Positions 26,043 to 32,000 of a stretch of DNA of 32,000 nucleotides are shown piece after piece. Source of the stretch: Hyperthermus butylicus DSM 5456 (GTDB lineage Archaea > Thermoproteota > Thermoprotei_A > Sulfolobales > Pyrodictiaceae); assembly GCF_000015145.1 (NCBI RefSeq), contig NC_008818.1, positions 900,001-932,000 on the forward strand. The letters run 5' to 3'. The notes under the pieces are model-generated. The model did not search any database, was not told where the DNA came from, and saw nothing but the letters and a program-made list of their open reading frames with translations. The first letter of the stretch is position 1; the number at the start of each line of letters is the position of its first letter. The position numbers and the translations under genes were made by a program.

Positions 26043-26883
26043 GTTGCTGTCTCCTCTCTGCCAGCAGTTTCCTCAAGTACTCCCTCTCCTCACGTGTCAG
26101 GTGCAGTATTATATCGGTTGGCTCTAGCCTTGTAGAGGGGGGCTTTACGGTCTCGCCAACAATGACATAGCCCTTCTCAATAGTCTCCTCAACCTCGTGC
26201 TCACCATAGAACTCCACGAGTTCCCTCAGCCTCTCCTGGAAGTCTATAGCCTCCTTAGCCTCTCTTTCACTTAGCGTGTACCCACACACCATACAGTATA
26301 GGTCTGGGGTGACTGCTCTAAATCCACAGCGCGGGCATGGTATGGGTGTTGGTGCGCCATGCATCTCCCAGATACTCCTAATTTGCGGTACTAGATCCCT
26401 TCTATCGAGCCTTAGAGCCTCATGGTATAGCTTTGATACATGTTTAGCGGCTACTGGTCCTCCATAGCTAACTATGAATTCTAGCTGTTCCGGAGTAAAC
26501 TTCTCAAGCCTCTCGAGTAGATATGCAGAGGCGAACAGGTAGACGTTGTTGGCGGTAGCCTTCATCCTAGAGATTATAGTGTCTCTTGACGGTCTCGAGC
26601 TATACTGCGATAAAATGCCCTCAACTATAGGTCTAAGCATCTCCTTGTAGGCTTCACGTTGGAGGCCGAGTATGTCCAGGCCAAGCTGCTGGACAGCATC
26701 ATCTACTATGGACTCGAGTAGCTTGTTTACATCGATGTTGGAGCCTCGTCTAACACCAGACGATCTCCTTCTAGTAGTGGAACGTGTACGCCTAGAACTA
26801 GTCCTGGCAGATGTACTTGTACTCGTTGATGCTGTAGACGATGTAGTTGCCGCCCGCCTCTTCCTCGTAGTCCTGCGAGCCAT
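26029..26883 (-). CDS. Hypothetical protein with an S/T/R-rich basic N-terminus and a CPRCG...CMVCG zinc ribbon
   Basis: I prefer the ATG at 26883 (MARRTTRKRR...). The track's GTG at 26991 adds 36 aa directly abutting a TTATAG box. No family was recognised. Confidence 0.5.
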   Translation of the reverse strand: MARRTTRKRRAATTSSTASTSTSTSARTSSRRTRSTTRRRSSGVRRGSNIDVNKLLESIVDDAVQQLGLDILGLQREAYKEMLRPIVEGILSQYSSRPSRDTIISRMKATANNVYLFASAYLLERLEKFTPEQLEFIVSYGGPVAAKHVSKLYHEALRLDRRDLVPQIRSIWEMHGAPTPIPCPRCGFRAVTPDLYCMVCGYTLSEREAKEAIDFQERLRELVEFYGEHEVEETIEKGYVIVGETVKPPSTRLEPTDIILHLTREEREYLRKLLAERRQQHARS

Positions 26884-27027
26884 GCCCTCTAGACACCACC
26901 CGGATAGGGAGCACAGTCGTTCCAGCCTGTACACAGCCTCATACCTGGGATGGGATGTGTCACACCAATAGCTCTGAAATGCAGGAGCCACCCCTATAAC
27001 TGGTTCCGGCAGAAGAGATAACGCTAT

Positions 27028-27105
27028 GGGGCGGGAGATGAGAGCACTTGCCCCCCGTGACCCCGTGGTGGGGGTGAAGAAATTACCGCGTAAGGATCCC
27101 GCCCC
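27028..27105. other. 78-nt GC-clamped structured element (perfect 9-bp outer stem GGGGCGGGA/TCCCGCCCC), a possible ncRNA or 3'-UTR structure
   Basis: The complementarity is seen directly. The inner region has a C6/G5 run and a CCCCGTG tandem repeat. The element starts 2 nt from the stop codon of the 111-aa gene. Confidence 0.4.
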
Positions 27106-27107
27106 AC

Positions 27108-27443
27108 CTAGTACCTCTCATCATACCAGTCATGCCCCGTAGGCATGTATATGGGGCCGTTGCGGGCTGCATACCTGCTTATAAGATAGCTCAAAAGTAT
27201 TTCGAGCTGCCTCCTCTTCCTTCTAGCGCTCCGCAGTGCTGCCTCGAATTCCTCATAGGTTACATCCTTGCCTCTAAACCAGGCCCTGACAAGCCTTCTA
27301 TATATGAACTTGAGGAGCTGTTCATACTCCTCTTCTAGGTCGACGTTATAACGGTACTTGTACACGATGTGTTCTATCATGTCACCGAGGTATTTGTCGA
27401 TAAGCATCAGCAAATCCTCGCTCATCCCTACGTCTTCCTCCAC
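27108..27443 (-). CDS. Hypothetical protein (111 aa; alternative ATG start at 27425)
   Basis: The ORF has a TTATAG box (27470-27475) 26 nt upstream of the GTG at 27443. No family was recognised. Confidence 0.45.
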   Translation of the reverse strand: MEEDVGMSEDLLMLIDKYLGDMIEHIVYKYRYNVDLEEEYEQLLKFIYRRLVRAWFRGKDVTYEEFEAALRSARRKRRQLEILLSYLISRYAARNGPIYMPTGHDWYDERY

Positions 27444-27572
27444 GCATACGTGTTGAAGCTAGCCTAGCCCTATAACTCCTTTCCCGCGAGTATTATATGG
27501 GCCTACCTGTGAAACCCCAGGTATAGAACCCCGCAGCAACTCCATTCAGTCTCATCGAGTTTGTGGTTTATG

Positions 27573-27654
27573 GGGGCTCAGCGGCTACCATTCTCGTCAT
27601 AGAGGCTTGTCTGGCCGAAGTTTCTCGGCAGCGGCCAGAGTTCAGCACAGCCCC
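27573..27654 (-). ncRNA. Box C/D-like sRNA candidate A (atypical, 82 nt, degenerate C box)
   Basis: Minus strand: GGGGC-U-GUGCUGA...AUGACGA-GAAUGGUAGCCG(12 nt)-CUGA-GCCCC. The C'/guide/D half is canonical. The C box carries A to C at position 4, and the middle is a foldable insert (CUGGCC...GGCCAG). Confidence 0.45.
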
Positions 27655-27719
27655 ATTCACTGCTGTCTGACTAGATCCCTAAGGAGTTAACGGCTGCAAG
27701 GGAATTGCTGGTAGTGATG

Positions 27720-27791
27720 GGGCTCAGAATGCTCGTGCCTCTGCATATCCCTCTCACTTAGGGCTACGCAACAGGGCGCTCATCATGGCCC
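27720..27791 (-). ncRNA. Box C/D sRNA candidate B
   Basis: Minus strand: GGGC-C-AUGAUGA-GCGCCCUGUUGC-...CCCUAAGUGAGAGGG hairpin...-AUGCAGA-GGCACGAGCAUU(12 nt)-CUGA-GCCC. The C and D boxes are perfect and there is a 4-bp terminal stem. The internal D'/C' boxes are degenerate. Confidence 0.6.
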
Positions 27792-27840
27792 GTAGACGCT
27801 AAAGCTGCAGAGTCCCCCTCTTCTCCTCTCTGGTGAGTGT

Positions 27841-28578
27841 ATGAAGCCCCAGCACATAAGAGTGAGCCCGGACCGTGTTGCAGCTAAAGTGGTTGTAGTG
27901 GGTGATCCTGCCAGGGCTCGGTTCATAGCCGAGCACCTTCTCGAGGATGCCGAGCTGGTTAACGAGGAGAGGTGCTTCCACCTCTATACTGGGTTCTACC
28001 GTGGGGAGAGAATTAGCGTAGCCGTGCATGGTGTAGGTGCAGCTTCCTCAGCTATAGTCTTTGAGGAGCTTAGAATGCTCGGTGCAAAGGTCATGGTCCG
28101 GCTTGGTACTGCTGGTGCGCTAATGCCAGAGCTTGATATAGGTGACATGGTTGTCGCTACTGGTGCAGCCTACGTTCACGGAGGAACCATAGGCTCCTAC
28201 GTCCCCGATGCTTGTATGGCCACAGCACCAAACCCGTTGCTTCTCACAAAGCTATATGATTATGCTAAGAGGATACACGGTCGTGTAGTCTTAGGTCCCG
28301 TGTTTAGCAGCGATGCCTTCTATGCTGAGGATCCGGAGTTCGCCAAGAAATGGTTCTCAAGAGGCATAGTGGCTGTTGAAATGGAGGTTGCAACTCTCTA
28401 CGCACTGGCGGCGCTGAGGAGGTTCGATGCTGCAGCTGCACTCGTCATATCTGATAACCTCGTCGTACCAGGTAAGGAGGAGTTACGGCACCACCGCGAG
28501 CTTGAACCCTACGTGGAAAAGGCTGCCAAAGCAGTGCTCGAGGCGCTTAGAGACTATAATCCCAGTAATATAAGCTAA
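27841..28578 (+). CDS. Nucleoside phosphorylase, PNP/UDP family 1 (DeoD/Udp/MTAP-I-like)
   Basis: VVVGDPARA, SVAVHGVGAASSAIVFEEL, RLGTAGAL and VEMEVATLYALA are family-1 phosphorylase motifs. The ORF is 245 aa. Confidence 0.8.
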   Translation: MKPQHIRVSPDRVAAKVVVVGDPARARFIAEHLLEDAELVNEERCFHLYTGFYRGERISVAVHGVGAASSAIVFEELRMLGAKVMVRLGTAGALMPELDIGDMVVATGAAYVHGGTIGSYVPDACMATAPNPLLLTKLYDYAKRIHGRVVLGPVFSSDAFYAEDPEFAKKWFSRGIVAVEMEVATLYALAALRRFDAAAALVISDNLVVPGKEELRHHRELEPYVEKAAKAVLEALRDYNPSNIS

Positions 28579-28621
28579 TGGTTACCTGGAGCCTATGAGG
28601 AGGCCTTGGACGTGCTGAAGG

Positions 28622-28999
28622 GTGAAGAGAGCCGTGGCTCCCGAGGCTCTAGCCGAGGATGTGCGTAGAATCATGAGAGGGAAGGGGCTAGAGGTTAGCG
28701 AAACCCGTTCGCGTCAAGCAACACTGGACGGTGAGATGATAGGATACCACTCCGTCTCCGGCTACAAGCAGGGCTCATACAAGGTTACGGTTAGGCTTAG
28801 CCCGGAACCTGCGAGCACAACAGTGGTCATCAATGCTGCTAGTGAGCAGCAAGCTCAGAGTGCAGCTACACGCCTCGAAAAGCTAGGATTCAATGTTGAC
28901 GTTGAGGGTGAGAGGGTACACGCATCGATAAAAACCGTGCAAGCAAACATTTTATCAAAGGCTATCGACATTGCTGAGGAGGCTTCAAAGCAGTCTTAG
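28622..28999 (+). CDS. Hypothetical protein (125 aa)
   Basis: ORF with a GTG start 43 nt after the phosphorylase stop. No motif was recognised. Confidence 0.35.
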   Translation: MKRAVAPEALAEDVRRIMRGKGLEVSETRSRQATLDGEMIGYHSVSGYKQGSYKVTVRLSPEPASTTVVINAASEQQAQSAATRLEKLGFNVDVEGERVHASIKTVQANILSKAIDIAEEASKQS

Positions 29000-30074
29000 A
29001 GACTATGTTCGCAAGTACATTGTAAGGCTGAACTGCAACGCTGGAGGCACGACGTGCAAACCGTCAAGCACCGAGTGCCAGAGGTTTCTCGCCGAGCCAA
29101 ACCTTCCACAGGCACTACTGCTAGCTGGCTACCGGCTACTAGACTGTACCTGCAGCAGTGGCGGGGGTGTCAGCATAGAGCTCGTTGGGACGAGCGGGGA
29201 CACTATACCGGCAAGACTCTGCCTAGACTGTGGAAGCATATTTCCAGCCCTTACCCTTAAAGCTCAGCTGCCACTCTCAACCAGTATTCCACCCTACCGT
29301 GGCCCCATCCAGGAAGCTATGCTAAAGACTGTAGAGACTATTGCGCAGTTCTGCGCACATAGGAAGGGGCTACCACTACTCCTTGACACAGTGTTGGCCG
29401 AGCCAGCAAGAATGTGTAAGGTTAAGCTGGGCTGTAGGCCGATACATATCTCATCATTCGAGAAAGCAGATTTAGGCACGGTATCGCCACGGATAAAGCT
29501 TCCAACAATACTGTCATGGATTACATTGAGGCTCCGAAAAAGCATCGAAATTGAAGCACCATGGCTCTGTGTGGAGTCCAACAACGGGGCGCTGCAGCTT
29601 GTCTGCTTGAGCGAGACATGCAGATTTGAGGTAACACATTGTGGAAGCGTGAGGCTCATCCATGGCAAGGCTATAGCTCTGCCATCATCTACGAGGTGTA
29701 GCCCAGCACTACTCCACCTGGTGTACCTTTACGGCACACTATACAAGAGCATTGATGACGTAAATGTAAAGCCCTGCATCTGGAGCATGACAGGTCTAGC
29801 CATACTAGGCGCCTGGTACTCTACTGGCGAGAATGGAGAATCAATGATGCTACTGGTCTGGAATCCGCTCAAGAAGAGTAAGCTCCACGAAATAGTATTT
29901 GAGAGACATAGGATTGTAGAGGCAAAGCTTACAAGTCCCGCCACCTGGTTGGAGGAGCAGCTCATACCTCAGTACAATAGGCTACGTATACCACTACCGC
30001 CACATGGGGCTAGGCTGGTCTATGTTAGGCTTCGAAAGCTGCCAAGACTATTGTCGAAGAATGCTAATGGTTAG
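28971..30074 (+). CDS. Hypothetical cysteine-rich protein (367 aa if the TTG at 28971 is used)
   Basis: This is a long ORF whose only in-frame start before aa 116 is the TTG at 28971; the next is the ATG at 29316. It has 17 cysteines, including a CLDCG motif. No family was recognised. Confidence 0.4.
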   Translation: MLRRLQSSLRDYVRKYIVRLNCNAGGTTCKPSSTECQRFLAEPNLPQALLLAGYRLLDCTCSSGGGVSIELVGTSGDTIPARLCLDCGSIFPALTLKAQLPLSTSIPPYRGPIQEAMLKTVETIAQFCAHRKGLPLLLDTVLAEPARMCKVKLGCRPIHISSFEKADLGTVSPRIKLPTILSWITLRLRKSIEIEAPWLCVESNNGALQLVCLSETCRFEVTHCGSVRLIHGKAIALPSSTRCSPALLHLVYLYGTLYKSIDDVNVKPCIWSMTGLAILGAWYSTGENGESMMLLVWNPLKKSKLHEIVFERHRIVEAKLTSPATWLEEQLIPQYNRLRIPLPPHGARLVYVRLRKLPRLLSKNANG

Positions 30075-30438
30075 CGGGGCATGTTGATGCACTACCAAGT
30101 TTTTCAACTCTCTTGCGTAGCTCTCGACATAGATTGCACATCTCGTTCGAAATTTCCCTATTGTCTATGTTGCCGCTAACTACACGCTCGGCAAGCTTAA
30201 ATATATGTTGATACAGCTGCTCGTCATTCAATATAGTGTCTATGTAGTCGCTACCTCTCCTCCGTAACAAGTAGTTAGATATGGCAGCCGGTGTTAGTCG
30301 GAGAAGCTTGGCAGCCTTGTATATTGATAGGCCATAGTCTCTCACGAGCACAATAGCTATTGAAGCCCTAATGGATGGAACATACTTCTTAACTGCTACT
30401 TCGCACGGTGTTACGAGTAGTGTTTGCTCACCATTCAT
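30064..30438 (-). CDS. Small HTH transcriptional regulator (COG2522-like) with four cysteines, including CNLC
   Basis: HTH segment LSIYKAAKLLRLTPAAISNYL, with Cys12, Cys101-x2-Cys104 and Cys120. It is divergent from the PDO gene. Confidence 0.6.
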   Translation of the reverse strand: MNGEQTLLVTPCEVAVKKYVPSIRASIAIVLVRDYGLSIYKAAKLLRLTPAAISNYLLRRRGSDYIDTILNDEQLYQHIFKLAERVVSGNIDNREISNEMCNLCRELRKRVEKLGSASTCPANH

Positions 30439-30597
30439 AGCGGCTAGCCCATATTTTCAGCTGTTTAGATTCCGGGCTAATAATAGCTTTCCTTAGCTCA
30501 TTGTAGTATCCGGATGGTGTATTATAAGAGGGAAAATATTCGAAGCATACGAAACTTGTATGTTTCGTTTCAGTGAAAAGAAATTAAGAGCATATTG

Positions 30598-30604
30598 TTT
30601 AAAG
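30598..30604 (+). promoter_or_regulatory. TATA-like box (TTTAAAG) upstream of the PDO gene
   Basis: The box centre is about 25 nt upstream of the GTG at 30626, which fits a leaderless GTG start. Alternatively it would drive a 40-nt leader to the ATG at 30668. Confidence 0.4.
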
Positions 30605-30625
30605 TAGAGAGTATGGCTTCCGCGG

Positions 30626-31375
30626 GTGGGAAGTAAAAGGTGGGTAGCAGTGTTCGACCCTGTAAAAATGGAGATAGACAAGGAGACTAGGGATGCGATT
30701 AAGGAAGCTTTTGAGGATCTCGTGAAGCCGGTTGAAATAAACGTCTTCATAGGTCCTAATTGCAGGTATTGTGACGAGACAGTAAAGATAGCTAAGGTTC
30801 TCGAAGAGGAGGCACCGGTAAAGAATGGCAAAAAACTAGTAACCATGAAGATATACGAGAAAGATAAACATGTCGATGTATTTAAGAAACATGGTGTGGA
30901 AAGAATACCAAGCTTAACCCTTGTCGAGGGAAGGATAAAGTATACCGGTACGCCTAGCGGTGAGGAGCTAAGAGGGCTCGTTGAGACAATAATAAGAATC
31001 TCTCAAGAGGATAGTGGTCTCGACGAGACAACAGTTGAGAAAATAAAGTTGATAGAAAAACCGGTTCACGTGGAAATCATTGTTACCCCGCAGTGCCCGT
31101 ACTGCCCCTATGCGGCACTACTATCAAACATGTTCGCCTATGAAGCGTGGAGAAACGGTAAGACCGACTTCGTATCGGAGATTGTTGAAGCCTATGAGAA
31201 TCCCGACATAGCTGACAAGTATGGTGTAACATCAGTACCAGCAATAGCTATCAACGGTGTGCTAGCATTCGTCGGCGTGCCTTACGAGGAAGACTTCATA
31301 GAGAGAATCATCGATGTAGTTGAGCGTAGGAGGACCATAAAGACAGAGTTCCTTGAAGGAGCAACCGGCATCTAG
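30626..31375 (+). CDS. Protein disulfide oxidoreductase (two thioredoxin-fold units; glutaredoxin-like PDO)
   Basis: Two active sites, CRYC and CPYC, in tandem thioredoxin-like halves, with the layout of Pyrococcus PDO. The start is either the GTG at 30626 or the ATG at 30668. Confidence 0.85.
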   Translation: MGSKRWVAVFDPVKMEIDKETRDAIKEAFEDLVKPVEINVFIGPNCRYCDETVKIAKVLEEEAPVKNGKKLVTMKIYEKDKHVDVFKKHGVERIPSLTLVEGRIKYTGTPSGEELRGLVETIIRISQEDSGLDETTVEKIKLIEKPVHVEIIVTPQCPYCPYAALLSNMFAYEAWRNGKTDFVSEIVEAYENPDIADKYGVTSVPAIAINGVLAFVGVPYEEDFIERIIDVVERRRTIKTEFLEGATGI

Positions 31376-31418
31376 ACAAAGATTCCCGGTAGGTCGATAG
31401 ACTCGTCTGCCTATCTGG

Positions 31419-31426
31419 CTTTTTAT
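31419..31426 (+). terminator. T5 tract downstream of the PDO gene
   Basis: CTTTTTAT lies about 45 nt after the stop at 31373-31375. Confidence 0.35.
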
Positions 31427-31453
31427 AAAATAACTCCTATAGCCAGGCTATAG

Positions 31454-31518
31454 GGGCTCAGCCAAATGCCTTCTCATCACGGTTCCCGATTCAGCGACGG
31501 GAGTACTCGTCACAGCCC
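31454..31518 (-). ncRNA. Box C/D sRNA candidate C (canonical architecture)
   Basis: Minus strand: GGGC-U-GUGACGA(C)-GUACUCCCGUCG(12)-CUGA(D')-AUCGGGAACC-GUGAUGA(C')-GAAGGCAUUUGG(12)-CUGA(D)-GCCC. Both spacers are 12 nt and the terminal stem is placed as expected for a K-turn. Confidence 0.8.
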
Positions 31519-31569
31519 ATTCAGAAGAGGAAAGGGGAGGAAGCCTCCCTAATCCATATAGTGGCGGTA

Positions 31570-32000
31570 CTAGTTACCACCCAGCAGCTCTTCGATTTTG
31601 CGCTTAGCTATACTTGCTACCAGCTTACCGTCGACCTTGCCTCTTAGCTTTGGCATTACACGGCCCATAACCTTGTTTAGTGCCGCCAGCCCTCTCGCCC
31701 TAATCTCGGCTTCGAGCTGCTTTACAGCCTCCTCGACAAGTTTCTCGACCTTCTCCACAGGTACCGTCTCTATGCCCAGCTCGCGTACAGCCTCTTCGAC
31801 GCTCCTTGATGGATTCTCTGCCAGGTACTTTATGAGGTCTGGCACAGCATCCTTGGAGACTTTGCCCTCTGCTATAGCCCTCACGATCTCTTCTATATGG
31901 GTGTCTGAAAGGTTGCTAACGGGTACTCCTTCCCTTGCAAGGCTTCTCAGTATGTTTGTGAATAATGATGCTATGTAGGATGGTGCTACGCGGCTCCCAT
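31570..32000 (-). CDS. Aminoacyl-tRNA amidotransferase subunit GatE or GatB, C-terminal YqeY-like domain (5' part outside the window)
   Basis: The frame is open to the window edge. LNKVMGRVMPKLRGKVDGKLVASIAKRKIEELL matches the GatB/GatE tail domain. Confidence 0.65.
   Translation of the reverse strand, partial: GSRVAPSYIASLFTNILRSLAREGVPVSNLSDTHIEEIVRAIAEGKVSKDAVPDLIKYLAENPSRSVEEAVRELGIETVPVEKVEKLVEEAVKQLEAEIRARGLAALNKVMGRVMPKLRGKVDGKLVASIAKRKIEELLGGN

Noticed and set aside
26884-26991. 36-aa GTG-initiated extension of the Zn-ribbon orphan
   Set aside because: The GTG directly abuts the TTATAG box, so it would lie upstream of the expected TSS. The in-frame ATG at 26883 is more plausible. 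This is not proven.
27028-27105. tRNA, H/ACA or C/D interpretation of the 9-bp-clamped element
   Set aside because: There is no T-arm. The 3' flank is ACC rather than ACA. AUGAGAG and GUGAAGA are poor C boxes and no CUGA is present.
27480-27571. A fourth sRNA next to candidate A (UCGAUGA followed by CUGAAUGG)
   Set aside because: The C-like box is followed by CUGA after only 2 nt. There is no 12-nt guide, no terminal stem and no second D box.
29294-29965. Minus-strand ORFs (124 and 78 aa) inside the 367-aa orphan ORF
   Set aside because: They are shorter than the plus-strand ORF that spans them and have no start context or motifs. The plus-strand ORF is itself only weakly supported, so this rejection is tentative.
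27573-31518. GGGGCTCAG recurring three times as a possible CRISPR or dispersed repeat
   Set aside because: There are only three copies, irregularly spaced, and each forms the D-box plus terminal-stem end of a C/D-type unit. No repeat-spacer periodicity is present.

Overview
This is a compact chromosomal segment of about 90% coding sequence. Its gene content points to a hyperthermophilic crenarchaeote, probably Desulfurococcales or Pyrodictiaceae-like; that placement is an inference. I recognised no rRNA, tRNA, CRISPR array, transposase or integrase. The first 17 kb is a replication island: PolB C-terminus, MCM, a Gins23-type GINS subunit, RFC small and large subunits, and Orc1/Cdc6. It is interrupted by a MacB/FtsX-type ABC transporter whose ATPase and permease genes flank a 1,555-aa membrane-anchored surface protein built from about 12 tandem modules of roughly 120 aa. 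The rest is mostly housekeeping: enolase, TrkA, MscS, signal peptidase, type IA topoisomerase, Rpo6/RpoK, thermosome, nucleoside phosphorylase, protein disulfide oxidoreductase and a GatB/E tail, with several orphan ORFs between them. The items most worth a second look are: (1) the ABC plus giant glycoprotein module; (2) a family of three minus-strand box C/D sRNA candidates that share terminal stems, two of them with a hairpin where D'/C' would be; (3) two GC-clamped structured intergenic elements (2198-2282 and 27028-27105); (4) a 1-nt frame break in the RFC small subunit; (5) a four-cysteine small HTH regulator (CNLC plus two more Cys) divergent from the PDO gene with a 7-bp inverted repeat between them; and (6) an Orc1/Cdc6 gene packed into an operon with no room for an adjacent origin. 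All functional calls rest on motif recognition by eye. No database search was run.
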